A stretch of DNA of 59,281 bases, filler included, from Sluysia triapertura (Eukaryota): NCBI GenBank assembly GCA_046118255.1. It is 5 parts of 5 records of this genome, joined end to end, with 100 filler letters (N's around TTAATTAATTAA, not from the genome) between each part and the next. Parts side by side here need not be neighbours in the genome. Positions count along the whole stretch, not along the records: positions 10,959 to 26,075 come from JBJNIA010238661.1; positions 26,176 to 36,984 come from JBJNIA010193183.1; 3 more parts are not named here. One strand, 5' to 3'. Positions within the stretch are counted from its first letter, which is position 1. Each line of letters begins with the position of its first letter. This document shows positions 13,331-27,049 of this stretch, piece after piece. The notes under the pieces are model-generated. The model was not told where the DNA came from, did no database searches, and saw only the letters and a list, made by a program, of their open reading frames with translations. Both the position numbers and the translations under genes were made by a program.

Positions 13331-14637
13331 AACCTTTTTCTATCCACTAACTGGGAAATCCTAACAGTTTTATTAATTAATTGGTATAAATTTGATACTG
13401 ATCCTTTGGAAAACGATAATTGTCCGAAAACAAATTTTATACTGCTAACTTTTTTAAAACGCGTTATTTAAAATGAAAAATGAAGTTAGACTGATATTGG
13501 TAAACATACTAGTCATCAGCCAATGGGATTTTTCGATTTCTTTTTAGAAAGTAGTATTTTATTTTTTCGGAAATAAGATTATTTCTTTATTCACAAATTA
13601 TTTTCTTGTTTTGAAATTTAATGAATTGTGTTGACAACTTAACACTCGTCAGTCTGAAAATTTTGTTACAATAAAATACAACTCTAAAATCTGGCCTACA
13701 ACCAGATCACTACCTAACTTTATGAATACTTGTACTTATTGAATAATTCTGTTGGTTCATTTATGTAGCATTGTGTAATTTTACTCCTACCTGGATTTTA
13801 ATGTTTCCTAATTGATTTTTAATTACCAAATAAAATAAAAATGTCCCTTTACATTTAGAATAAAATAAAATAAAACCAATTTATTATATTAGGATGTGTT
13901 TATTATAAAATTATTAATTTGAGAGTAATATTAAACTACTACAAATAATATATCAAGATATTTTAGTGTGGATTTTGTTTTATTTTCTTTTATTTTCACG
14001 AATTTACTGTTATATTCTTCTAAATTTACTAAGATCCATTAAATTTATTCTATTTATATATTTTACGTAAATATGAAAACAAATTTATTAAATTTATATT
14101 TCTCTTTCAATTAAACAAAATAATTAATCATAATTTATTTAAAATATATTCAAACATCAGTTTTACATTGAATTAAAGAAAACAATTTGTAATGTTTAAT
14201 ACTCGACCAAAGGCCTTTCTAAATCGAAACTGTTTCTAAAATTGCGCTTCATACCTAAAATAAATTATAAATATAATCATTTAATTATTGTAATATTAAT
14301 TGTTTATTAATATTATACAAAGTAAAAACAAAATTAGTTTATTTTCATATAAACAATGTTAGTATATCAGGCTGTTCTACTTCTTTATTCGAATAATGTC
14401 AGAAAAAACCAAGTATTATAATTTTTTACTGAAAATTTCAAGAGTTCAAATTTTAGAATGTTGCATTTATTGCAAGACTATTTGCTAATTCAACTACCGT
14501 ATTTTCCGGACTTTTCAGTAAATGTAATTAACTTATAAGCCGCACCATTAAAATACTAAAGCTAAGGTGATGGTTCCTGTATTAAATAAATCTACTTAGA
14601 AATCCTCTGACTTTGCGGAATAGAGTCGTGTCAAGGT

Positions 14638-14676
14638 AGATTGTCAAAGCAGATTGTCAAAGCAGATTGTCAATGC
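14638..14676. repeat. 13-bp tandem repeat (AGATTGTCAAAGC) x3
   Basis: Directly visible; third unit has one mismatch. Confidence 0.9.
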
Positions 14677-14959
14677 AAATAACAACATTACAACATTGAT
14701 AACACCCTTAACAGTATTTAACATTGACAATTTAATGATTTATGGTGCAGGATTTATAAATTTGATTTTTTATTCTTATTTATATAAATAGCTTATTCTT
14801 ATGTTTAATTTTTATTTAAATATTATTAATATTATAACTAAATTAAAATTTAAATTAACAAAAAATAAATAAAAGGAATTAATTTCAAAAAATAAAAAAA
14901 ATAAAAATTCACTACAATTTTGTTTAACTAAATTAATTTTCCAACATAGCAATTACAAC

Positions 14960-15813
14960 ATGGAGGACTCAATGCAAAATAGTATAAAAAGGTAAAATTT
15001 TTCTACATAAATAATAAAATAGGAAGCAAAAAATTTTTAGATCTCACGAAGAAGCATTCTACGAGTCGCTCCAAAAGGATTAATTTGAAGACTATTATTC
15101 AAAGTTTCCATGCAGAAGTAATTTTTTATGTATAAGTTTTGTAAATTCCCTAATTTTAATAAAATAGGGTTTTAAAAATATCAACTTAAATTTTATTTTA
15201 AATTTTATACCTAGACCATAACTGGCTAGGTCAATCTTTCAATAAATTTACATTTTTATTCCAACTAAGCAGTAGGCTTAAGTTGGTAAACTGGTTATAA
15301 CTATTATAATCTTAATTATTATCATTTTTCTATTGACATTTTTAAACGTGAATTGCTTATTGACATTTTTATTTTTGTTTTCTAAAAATAAATTACCAAT
15401 TGACCAGACCATAAAAAGGCTTAAATTAAATCATAATTGACCAAACCGTAAAAAGACTGGTTTAAGGCTAAAAATAAATTAAACTTGACCAGACGGTAAA
15501 AAGGCTGGTTCAACGAATATTTATTATTAATTAATTATAAATTGTTACAGTACTCATCTTATCACCTGAACTTATCTCTCTTCCTTCAGGATACAAACCG
15601 TACCTAATTAGTCAAACGAGACTTCCAGGTACATTTTGCATTGAGACGAAAACACTTGCAAATGGCTATTTCGAATTATCTGGAATCATCAAACATTCAG
15701 ACCAGGTTTCTGGAACAGAACCGTGCGAATTTATAAATGAGCATCGGTGTCTTGTTGATCCAAGCACAATTCGTGTTTTCAATGAACTAACACTAAAATT
15801 CAAATTTATATAA
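14960..15813 (+). CDS. Putative 3-exon gene of unknown function (14960-14991, 15023-15117, 15551-15813) with one in-frame TAA
   Basis: GT-AG introns with matching phases; last exon open for 86 codons after a ttgttacag acceptor (LILSPELISLPSGYKPY...LKFKFI*); TAA at 15081-15083. Confidence 0.4.
15400..15512. repeat. Degenerate tandem repeat, 3 copies of TTGACCAgACcgTAAAAAGgCT
   Basis: Units begin near 15400, 15438 and 15485. Confidence 0.8.
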
Positions 15814-15824
15814 GAATCTAAGAA

Positions 15825-16317
15825 TTACTTCGTTTCCAAAATTGATTTATTCTTATAATTATTGTCTTCAACATCACGTTCAACAGGTGCGCATTCTTTA
15901 TCTTCTAACAACTTCGCGTAATCAGCTGCTAAAGCTCTTCCTAAATTATTATGTGCTGCTCGTCGATTTTCCAGATCAATTTTATTAGCTACAAGCATTT
16001 TATAGGCACCATATTCGCCATCATGGTCCAATCGAATAATCCACTGTTTAACACTTTTATAAGATCGTAGATTTGTTATGTCATAAACTACAAAAACACC
16101 CTGTGCTTGTCGATAAAAAGCTTTAGTACTTTTTTTGTCCGGTTGTATCAATCACAACATCAACTGTTTTTATTTTAAAATCGATTCCAATAATAGTTAA
16201 AAAAGTTGAATTAAATTGATCATCTGTACAACGAAGTAACATGATTGTTTTACCAACATTTGAGTCTTCAATAAGTAATAGTTTGATTAAATGATCATAT
16301 TGCTTAAATCCATCCAT
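15825..16317 (-). pseudogene. Rab8/Rab10/Sec4-like small GTPase, intronless pseudogene
   Basis: [56 protein letters not shown]; P-loop G>E, loss of the KLQIW segment, frameshift in switch II, no G5 (ETSAK) box, no C-terminal prenylation cysteines. Confidence 0.9.
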
Positions 16318-17219
16318 TATAGGTTGAAAACATTTAAAATAATTAATAAAATTTAAAAATTAAATTGAATCGCTTTTGTTTCGTTAAATGACCTGTATTT
16401 CTAGCTTAAACATTCATAATATATATTTTGTAATTTTGAAAAATTTCAACTTCATATTAAAATATAATTAGCATAAAGTACATTGGAAAAATTGCATTTT
16501 GAAACAAAAACAAAAACTAATGAATTATTCTTTCAAAATCACATTGAATAGGCACATTTATAACAATTATTTATAATCTATATGAACTTTAACAAACATT
16601 TCTTTGTCACTTCTTTTTAAAAACATTTATTTCTATTTTTAATATTTCCGAATATTAAAACAAAATTTTCTGCATAAGATATAAAAACATCAGACCATAA
16701 TTTATCCAGAATTTGATCATCGTTTATTTTAAGAGCTAATTTATAAAATTTTGACAGAATAAAAACTCTTTAATTTCGGTATTTTATTCCAATAATGAAT
16801 AATAACAACTACTGAAATATTATTATTCATTAAAATATTGCGACAAATAAAATTTATTAACATACTTAAAAACTTTACAAATACGTAACACATAGCAGAA
16901 ATCATTTTCCTTGCTATTTGTTGAATTACTTTTTGCCAGAAGGAAATATAAAAGAAAATTATAAAATATATAAGGATATAAAATAAAAAGGTAGTAATAT
17001 ACAGGTAAAAGAATAATGTATCATAACGATGGCAAGGCGACAATGTGTTGTGTTTTATTTTGATCTAAAAATGTTATCAAAAAGGATTTTATTAGGCATC
17101 TGAGATTTTATAAGAATGAATGTTGTAAATGATGTAGATGAGACTTGTCATAATGTAATCTTTTTAATGAGATTTGTGTCAATGGATGTTATGATTGATG
17201 TGATATATAGGTAGTTGTA

Positions 17220-18859
17220 TGCTGTTCCACCACAAGTTCTGTCAAGCGTCCCACTAAGCCGTCGGTTTGTGGATGATATGGAGATATATAAAGTCGAAGA
17301 ATCTTTGCTACAGATTTGATCATTTCACTTGTAAAATTAGTGCCCTGTTAATAGTTTTTGAGGTGTACTGTATCTATAAATGATCTTTTCTACTAATATT
17401 TATGCCACTGCTTCGGCTTTTGGATTTGGCATTAGATAAGCTTCTGGCCATTTAATCAAATAATCGACAAATTCAATTATATAAGGACCCATAATTCCAT
17501 TGATGACAATGGTACTGGCATAGGTCTCAATGGCACTTTTGTCTTTTGTCCAGTATTTTTTCGTCTGCAACATATTGAACAATCTTTACGCCATTTTCTG
17601 ATGCCCAATTCCTAATAATATTTATTCTTAATCCTAGATATTGTCTTTCTTGCTGATAGACAATTGTCCGTCATGAAATTGTATTAGAATGGGCACAATT
17701 AAGGATTCTTGGATAACAGTTTTCCATTCATCTTTATTATTTTTAAATTTTAATATTTCGTCCATAATGGCTAATCTTTTCGCTTGTAATTCGTTTAAGG
17801 TTCCTTTGGCCAATGCATCGAAAATGGTCGAAATCTCTTTGCCTTCTCTCTGATGCTTAAGAATTTCTTCGGAATTTTGTATTTTACCAGATGTTTTCAT
17901 AATTTGTATTAAATTGATGTTTCCTTTATCTTCCACGTTTATCAATCGAAACATACAATCAACTCCAGGTTTGTAAATAATCCCCAAATTAAATTCTGAG
18001 ATTTTGTTAAACCATCTATTTAATCTGCTAACTTTGTCCCTTTGATTGTACAAGTATGTCAATGGTTTATGGTCCGTATTTAAATAAACTTTTATCCCAA
18101 AAAATAGTGTCTGAATAACTTACACGCATATACTATTGCTAAACATTCTCTTTCTACAGTCGAATAATTCGTTTCTGCTTTATTAATTCTTCGACTGGCA
18201 TAATCTATGACTGCCACTAAATTGTTTTTATCTTTTTGACCTAATATTGCTCCTACAGCATAATTATTTGGATATGTAGTTAATATAAAAAGGTTTACTG
18301 ACATCAGGAAATTTTAATATTGGCGCCGTTGTAAGATGTTCCTTTAATTCTTTAAAAGCTTTTGTTTATTCATCAGTCAATTTAAATTTTACACTTTTCT
18401 TTGTTAATTTTCTAAGAGGTTGCACAATCTTAGCAAAATTCTTAACAAACCTTCTGTAATAGTTGGCTAAACTTAAGAAACTTTGAATATTTTTAACACT
18501 ATCAGGTTCAGGAAATTTAATCACTTTTTCAATATTTCTCGGATTTGGTTTAATACTGTCTTTAGATACTATGTGATCCAAGAACTTGGACCTTCTCTTC
18601 TGCACAGACACATTTTGTGTGTTTTTTTTAAGTCTGGCTGCTTCTCATCTTTTTAAAATATTATCAATATCTTCTATATGAGTTTTAAAATCTCTCGAAA
18701 ATATTATTATGTCATCTATATAGACCGTAACATTTTTACATCCCGACAATACAAAATTCATACAACGCATTCGTATAATTCATTACCGCATGTAAATGCT
18801 GTTTTATGTTTGATTTCTGGGCAATTTCGAATTGCAATAACCACTTTGAAGATCCAAGG
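17220..18859 (-). mobile_element. Ty3/gypsy LTR retrotransposon pol remnant (RT-RNaseH-integrase)
   Basis: LDLQSGY...KHKTAF, VYIDDIII, KFLDHIVS, FLSLANYYRRFVKNFA, YAVGAILGQ...YASR...NYSTVERECLAIV, RLNRW, VDYLIKWPEA, PYHPQTDGLV; RT-RH-IN order; many frameshifts. Confidence 0.95.
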
Positions 18860-19242
18860 TGTAGGGAAATCACACAAAATTCATCATACTTCATCACATA
18901 AAAACACTTTACATGTACACAGATTATTAAACAAATTACTAAACTCATTCAAAAAACAAACATAATCATCGCACCTAATTATCATGAACTACAGCTATTA
19001 TTATTACAATTCAATTCCTATTAAACAATACACATATATAATACTTATAGTCATTATTGTTATATAATATAATTATCAAGTAATAACTTTTATAATAATT
19101 GTCATAATAAATTTCAACATCAACAATTCAGTATTAATAAACATAATAACCACATAATTGTTATCATTATTATTATTCCTTTTATCCTTATTATCCGTCC
19201 ATCTTTCTATTTTTTGTTTTTCTTCATTTTTTTAATACTACA
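18860..19242. repeat. TGTAGGG-start interspersed repeat B (TGTA...TACA) between the gypsy RT and PBS
   Basis: Homologous to 59051-59180 (tgtaggga, actcattcaaaaa.caaacata.tcat.g.ac.taattatcat). Confidence 0.65.
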
Positions 19243-19252
19243 CAATATCTCT

Positions 19253-19272
19253 GATCCCACTCCTGACACCGA
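19253..19272 (-). promoter_or_regulatory. Primer-binding site complementary to the tRNA-Leu 3' end
   Basis: Minus strand TCGGTGTCAGGAGTGGGATC vs canonical TGGTGTCAGGAGTGGGAT; same orientation as the gypsy pol. Confidence 0.8.
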
Positions 19273-19274
19273 TG

Positions 19275-19509
19275 TGTTGAGGGCGAAAAATTACTTAACT
19301 CGAATATATTAATTGTATTTTTATTTTTTTTAAAAAGTTTAACAACAAAATTACAAACATTTATCAAAAACAAATTATTTCTTTTGTAATTTTAAAATTA
19401 AAATTAAATAATTTGTTTTTAATTAATGTTTGTAATTTTGTTATTAAACGTTAAAAAAAATAAAAATACAATTAATATATTCGAGTTAAGTAATTTTTCG
19501 CCCTCAACA
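19275..19509. repeat. 235-bp fold-back with TG...CA ends at the 5' LTR position
   Basis: Arms of ~105 bp; outer ~57 bp are exact reverse complements (TGTTGAGGGCGAAAAATTACTTAACTCGAATATATTAATTGTATTTT...). Confidence 0.95.
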
Positions 19510-21649
19510 GAAGTGTAGGGTATAAAATTTAAAATATAGGGAGAACAACTTTTCACGTAATCAACCCAATCAGCAAGAATTAAATTCGAGTAACAACAAC
19601 CAAATTCAAATTAAGTGTGCCTGGATGTTTTTAAAAGTATGAACTAAACATAAGCTTTGGTGGGTTCCACCACACATATCACCTCTTCACATGAACTAAT
19701 AAATGGTTTGTCCTGTGCATAGTAATTCAAAACTCCAGCAACATTTACACAAAATTATTAATTCATATTCACTTTCATCTTTACATTTTTGCACTTTCAA
19801 TAATTCTCCTTAAAATAAAAACCTTTTGTCAGGATCCTACTAATCAATATTATCAGTAATATTCTGAGACTAACGTCGTAATAATTATTGCAATAATAAT
19901 GCTAAAAATATAATTCTATTATAATAAATTTAATAATAATTATTTTAATAGGTTTCAAAGCCTAGAAATTTACACAAAATAAGAGTACTCATTCATATTA
20001 TATTAAATTAACTTACAAGGTCGAATTTAATGAAGAAGTATAAATAGTGCTTATGCTCATTAAGAATTTACAACAAAATCACAATAAAAGTTAATATTGA
20101 AAAAGTTATTTTCCAATCATTTATTCACAAAATTTTATAATCTATTTTGACTCAATCAAAATTGGAGATAATCATATACATTAAGCAAACTGAATACTTT
20201 CATAATTAGGACGTTAGTTTTATCCGTATAACAATTTTTTATGTATTTTTCTTTACGAGTTTATAGAAAGAATTTAATATTGATCAACCTCCGAAACATT
20301 AAATTAAATTAAATTAAATTAAACGGACCATTTTGAAATCATGCTTAAATAGGATATAAAATAAATAATGATCAGTTTTAAATTGCATAAATCACGCCTA
20401 TTACGTAAATTTTTCGCCCTAGTTTAAAAAAGGATTCAAATATATTTTACTTTAAACCTAGAAAATCAATCTTAATGAATTAAGAAAAATTCAACAGTAA
20501 TCTATAAATCGAATCTTTTCGCAACAATGCAACATTTATTAGAGGTAAATTTATAAGATAATCGCAATTTGAGTCTTCTACTTTACTTGATTATTCTATA
20601 TTCACATTCTATGGATGAGCCGCATTGGGTAAGATTCGGATCACAGGTGGATCTCATAATAAACCACATCACTTTAATACGCATTATTTAAAATAAAAGT
20701 TTATTAAATATCAAACTTTAATGAGCATATTTACTAATATTAAATTGTTATTACTAAATTTAAGTACTTATCTATATAAGAAATTTATGCCTTTTATTTG
20801 AATAATGAATTTTTTAATAATAAAGCTTTTTCGTTTTAAAATTTTTTTCTCATCGACTTATCAGACAGAAGAGAAGTCTCCGTTAACGAAATGTATAATT
20901 TTATATCTTGTAACGAATTGTGGCTTCACTCATCATTTTTCAGTTAAATATTTTTACAGATTTGTATTTATTTTACATCGGATCGTCTAGATTTATTTTA
21001 AAATTTTACTCCCCATGTCAAAAAAATTATTACATCTTTTGAATGATGATAATGTCAACTCATTGAATGATTATCCATTTTTAGAATTAAAATTATTAAA
21101 GAAGTTAATTTTAAGTAGGGTTAAAATAAAGCTTTGATCAAAGATGAAATAGGTTTAAGGGTTATAGCTTATAGTGTAAAAAATAAAGCAATCATTATAG
21201 AGGAATTAAGATAAAACATTACGACGAGTTTTATTAATGAAATAAGTGCATAAAATATTTAAATCAAAATAAAAGAACGAAAGATATGAGGAAAGAACAC
21301 TTTGTAAGACTTTACTTCTTAAAATATGGAGTAAATTTATTAATTAATTTAATTTAAGATTGTTTATAATTTAATAATTTCGTGAAAAATATCTGCACAT
21401 GATAAAATAACATTAGAATTGTTGTGAAATATTAATTAAAAGTTTAAAACTTTAATTTAAAATTAAAAGTGAAAAATTGAAGTTTCATTATGAATGAAGT
21501 TAAAATGAGTATTATTACACTCGCACTTACAAAGTAAAAAAAGCATAAGAAAAACTTTTCATAACTTTAGTGTTGTTATTATTAAAAAAGGATAGTTAAA
21601 ATTTTTTTGCAATTTTAATGTTAGCAATGTTATGGAAATAATAAATTTA

Positions 21650-22640
21650 TTTCAGAATAATAATACTAAAATATTCCCAGACACGAGAATTGTAAGATTC
21701 GAAATGACTATCAAAACGATCCGCATTAACATCAAAACTAAATCAATACAATGTCATTAATCAAAACAATAAACCTGAACAGATCAATACAATAATCACA
21801 AATCAAAACGACACTAAAGAATACCATCATATCAAAGAATAAACACCGGAACTTATAAATTAGAGAACGCCATAAATCCTACGAAACGCAATACAACCCT
21901 ATCCAACGAAGGTCAAGCCCGAACACGTGAGACCTATCAAAAAAACCTAAAAACAATCTAGTAAGGCAAGAACAGTTAATCAACACCGAAAAGACAAACA
22001 AATCACTAAAAATTAATGATTGCAACAATGCAATAAGTATTTAAATCAAACGCGTGACTTGCGCCATACGTACAAAGACAACAATTTGTCAAGCAATTAC
22101 ATGATATCATAAACCACAAAAACGTCTGGTTCTCTCATTCATAGAAACCTAAACTATGATTTTAACATATTCGACGCGCTATAATCACAGTAACACATAA
22201 GCTGCTCGGCGGTTCGAAAGTCGATGGGGAAGTTCCCTTACACCCACAAAAAATCAAAAAATGAATTCAGTTTACCTAATACATGGTTCCTTGTAGTCTA
22301 ATCTCATTTCAAGAGATGCTCCATAAGACGACAAAGCACCATGTTAACCTTCCTTTATTATCTCAATCACTTTTAAGTAAGTTAGGTATCAAGATACAAA
22401 CTTGTCTACAGTTCTGCAACGCTTACAACGACCTAAAGCAAGTAATACTAACACATTACCACCAAGATGCACAAAATGTGTTTCCGGATTACTTTAAGAC
22501 AATCATTGGTAACCTTATATGAATGTTATATTATTATATAATCCTTAATATTAGATCAATACAAACGCGATTTTATAAAATTTCATCCAATCTCCGAAGA
22601 TCAAAAGCAGCTTTAAAATCACTTAAAACTACTACAAACT
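21650..22640 (+). mobile_element. Non-LTR retrotransposon reverse transcriptase remnant, highly decayed
   Basis: KLENAINPTKRNTTLSNEG/VKPEHV (domain 0-like), QKRLVLSFIE (cf. LxLxFID), GSSLTPT (cf. QGSxLSP), LGIKI...LQF; motifs in the expected order; A/C-rich strand bias. Confidence 0.5.
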
Positions 22641-23611
22641 GTATCTTATGCCTACCGTAAGTACAAGCTGATTTGGATATTCAAAGTGGTTGTATTTAAA
22701 ATATATTTTCTTGTTAAAATTGATAAACTAATTGTTTATGCTTTTGTAAGCTTTTTAGTAAATTTATTAAACTATAACTTAGCAAAATGCAAATGATGGT
22801 GGTGTTTCACAGAGTCAAGAAATTCTGTAGTCTCCACCTTCATTATTTAAGATCCGGATAAATCAGAAAATTGTAAAAATGATGTTACTATTGTTAATAA
22901 TGAATACATTGGTCAGTTTGTTAAATACTTTCACTTAAATTTGCTTTAATTTTAAATTTTATTAATGAGACAAAATTTAATTGAATTTAAAGTCTGCTTA
23001 AGGCCTGGCGCAACACGTGATTCAGAATTTATTCTAGTGTAAATAAAAAAAATTCAATTTTATAGCAAATATAATACAAAAAAATCTAATAACAGTAGTC
23101 AATAAATTCTTGATTTTGATTCCCAAGTCTAAATTAGATACCACAAACTTTAAGGATTTCAACACATTCATTAATTAATGTTGTAGTAGTTTTGTCATAT
23201 CTTCCTTTGCCATATCAAACACTCTTCGATATTTAACTAATTATTCTTCGATTTATATTTTTAGAAGTAGCAGTCCTTTTTTTCTTTTAACATCTTTAAT
23301 GATATTTTCCTTATCGTCTTCGTTTTTATAACCTTTAAATTTATTTTCAGCTATTTTGACCTTTCCAATAGATTTAGCAATTGGTTTGCCGGCTTGTTTT
23401 AGTAGCACTTCATTTAACAAGAATATCGAGTGAGCTTTTAGTAATTTTATTGATTTTTTTATTGTGGTGAATCAACCATTTCATTCTACTTAAAACATTA
23501 TTTACAAATCTCACAATAAACATCAACAGAAATTAAACACGTAATAAACTAAAAACTTTTAAAACCTAAACATTTAAACAGCTCAATACATAAAATCATT
23601 AAACTATATAA

Positions 23612-25300
23612 TTACTTTACGAAATTATAAATGGTAATAGAAATTCTCCAAGAAATTCTACAAATTATACAGAAATTGTAAAATAATTTAATTAACCATA
23701 AAAGAACATAGAAAATCAATGGATATAAATAATAGAGATTATTTCTGTTCAATTTCTGTTTTATTGTCACACTAAAGATTAAGAGATTACCAGTAACGCA
23801 GCTCCAAACCACTTAAAAGTCATATTTTGGCTTATCAAGTATTTTGAAATGATATCATAATTTATTGAGGCTCCAATAAATTTATCACGTGTACCTATTC
23901 GATTCTAGATTGAATGATCTTGAATTTCATGAATGCCTTATAAACTGTACTGTCCAATCATCTGAAATACTAACTACTGATAAAGATTGTAAGTAATTAC
24001 TTTAAGTCATTTATAATCAAAACTTATAACAGAAATGCCTTATTGTAGCAAAAAGTATTGATCTGCCTCATAATGCAAAATAACAAGTTAAAAAGAAATT
24101 AAGAAATTAAATTACCACGATGAATATTTGCAAATGAAAGTAACCAACCTCATGAATAGCTGGAATATCAAGAAGAGCAACAAATATGTATAGATTTGTG
24201 TAAGAATTTTGTTTTATTTCGTTAAATGAGTATAATAAAGACAAATTCAAATAACAGTATTAATAATAATAATAAATAATAATAATTTAATTAAATTCAA
24301 ATGCATAAACTCTGATTTTGGCTATGCTGATGCGCATGTAATTGGCTAACATTTCATTAGATGTCTCTGTAAAATTATAGTTATGTGTACCTTTAAATTT
24401 TAAAAAGTGGCTGCCAAAAACTTGAAACAGTAAATCAATTTTTAAACTCAATTAAAATAGAAAGACGAAAAATATTGGACCCAAAATTAATTTGGCTGGG
24501 AAATTTTTATTAAAATACGTAAAGCTTTACAAGATAAGTAATAATTGTAAGGATGATTAATCAGACCAAGTAAATGAAGTAAAAGAACGACTTCATCAGA
24601 TACTGAACATTTATAAATAAGGTCCAGATAGCAAAAGCAAAAAGCAGCGCTGTAAGTTTCTGAATAACAGTGACCACTATAAAGATGACATATTACATGG
24701 AAACAATATTTTGTTACAAATCTTACATATCTGATAAATCTTCATGCATTTATTTTTATGTATTATTTTTGAGAGTCCATCTCCGTAAAAATCATTTCAT
24801 GAGTTTTGCATAAACGATTTTAAAGAAAGAAAATTTTAAGTACAATATTAAATTTGTAAATGATAAAAAGGTTAATCTTAGATTAAGTTGTCTCAACCTT
24901 TCTCAACATTCAACATCAAAACAACAGTTATCTCGCATTTCTTCGGTGTCACATAATCGATATCAACATACAAACAACTCTACGCAAACATAGTATAATA
25001 AAATGGCATCTAGATACCAACACACATCATTAGCTTTATACAAATATTATCAACATAGATATTTAATTGTTAAATAATAATAAAGTAATGATTTAACCTA
25101 TATTTATAGGTTTGTCCATTGTCATATCCCAATCGAAAGTTGGAAATACATTATTATGGATTTTATTTTTGAGAATGTCATTTTGTAAAATTTTCATATT
25201 GTGCTACCAATAAATTTTACAGCAAATGTGTTAACAACAAAATGGCTTAAAATTCAACAATTTGAACACTATCAAAAAGAATAATCATCTTACAGCAAGT
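23612..25300 (-). pseudogene. Possible MFS/SLC22-like membrane transporter, multi-exon and degenerate
   Basis: Hydrophobic exon-like pieces YSFNEIKQNSYTNLYIFVALLDIPA (cf. NxYLNFFLxxLVEIPA) and FLGEFLLPFII bounded by splice-like signals. Confidence 0.3.
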
Positions 25301-26075
25301 CTAAGCGATGGTTGAAGCACTACCAAATTTATAAATTTTTCACATTTAAAGTGAAATAAAATAAACTAAAATATTATTAATAATTAAATTATTCAATAAT
25401 ATTTGTGGTACGTCAAGTAGTAGCACTTATTTTCTTCGGTTACATTGTCTATTTTATTTTATTATCTCATTTAATTTTTGGAGAACTGATGAAAAAGGAA
25501 GAATATACATTGAAGAATTAAAAATTGTTTGCGCAAAGAAATCCTATAAACAAGTCTACGATCAGTTATAAGATTACGGTCGAACTCGCATAAATACAAA
25601 AAAATATTAAATTCATTCAATGGTTGAGGTTTCACATTAAAACCAATCATATCAACCGGAACATAGTCCGAATAGTGAATTATTTGATCATTCTGAACTA
25701 ATTCGAATCTTATTTTATTATTTAGTTCGGTTCCCTATAATCCAAGAGTCCACACGTTTATCCATTCAACTATCTTTTATATTAAACCTAGTATTACTGC
25801 ACTACTTAATAAATGACATAATAATGCGCATTTCGTTACAAATGTACTATGTGTCGAGAACCCATTTTCAAAGCATACTTAGTTACAGAAAATTCTAATG
25901 TTAATTTAACAAAAATTTTTACAATTTAATAATTAAGAATTGTATTAATGATATTTTATTTAAAGAATAATTCGTGTAAAAAAATAAATAATTTTTTAAA
26001 ATAAATTGCTAATGGAAATGGAAAATCTCAAGACAATAAAAAGGAGCTTATCACATTTCATTAGCGAGGAAAGGA

Positions 26076-26175
26076 NNNNNNNNNNNNNNNNNNNNNNNNN
26101 NNNNNNNNNNNNNNNNNNNTTAATTAATTAANNNNNNNNNNNNNNNNNNNNNNNNNNNNNNNNNNNNNNNNNNNN
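26076..26175. other. Artificial contig spacer
   Basis: N-TTAATTAATTAA-N, 100 nt. Confidence 0.97.
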
Positions 26176-27049
26176 AATTAGTGATCAAAATGTGTGTCTG
26201 CATAATTAACATTGATTTTAAAATATTATTTACAAATATTATTATATTGATATTTAGTATTTACTGTAAATGTATTTTATCGATTTTATAGAATAAACGT
26301 ATTTAATTTTTTAACGATTTTTGTTAATTTTGCTGAACTCCCGAAAAGAACAGGTTCTGTGTAAGAACCTTATCAAACTACTATCGATATGTTCAATTTA
26401 AGAACCTTATTAAAATCATTTACTGGTTCCAAGTAAGAACCAAATTAAAATACCAATTAATTTAAATAAAAATAATTATCTTTTTAGAAACCAAGAAATT
26501 TTTGTAAATTCTTTAAAATCCAACTGTTGCCATTCTTTAGTAAGTCCAATACGTTGGTGGACTCACCTTCAACTTTATTCTGTGTATACTTTACATTTTC
26601 TTACATTACATACCCATGATATTTCCATGATTGTCATGGTTATAGCAGTTTACATAGTCTAATATCTATCTAATCTTGTAGTGTTGTTGATTTTAACCGT
26701 TAAAATAATAACAGAATTAAATAATAACAGAAAGTCATATATATATTTAGGACTATGATTACATTTTAAGAATAATAGACAAGTGCTTTCATATGTTTAA
26801 TATATAAATTTTAAACGCCTGTAAATGTCGTAATATTCGTAAAAAGTTTTAGTATACAAATTAAAAACTTAAACGGTCAGAAAAAATAAATAAATTCATT
26901 TATTAAAAGCCGTCATCAAAATCTGAAAATTATATAAAATCATCATAAAATTCGTCATCGAAATCATCATCATTTTCATTATTAAGTATATATTGTTCAT
27001 AAGCTGCACTGTGATTCTTGTCATGGTTGTTAGTGAATACACTTCTCTT

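Noticed and set aside
15400-15512. CRISPR-like repeat-spacer array
   Set aside because: Only three degenerate units with uneven AT-rich spacers, eukaryotic context, no cas genes
19275-19509. Amplification chimera as the origin of the fold-back
   Set aside because: Inner arms carry several mismatches and an indel and both ends are clean TG/CA; not fully excluded without reads
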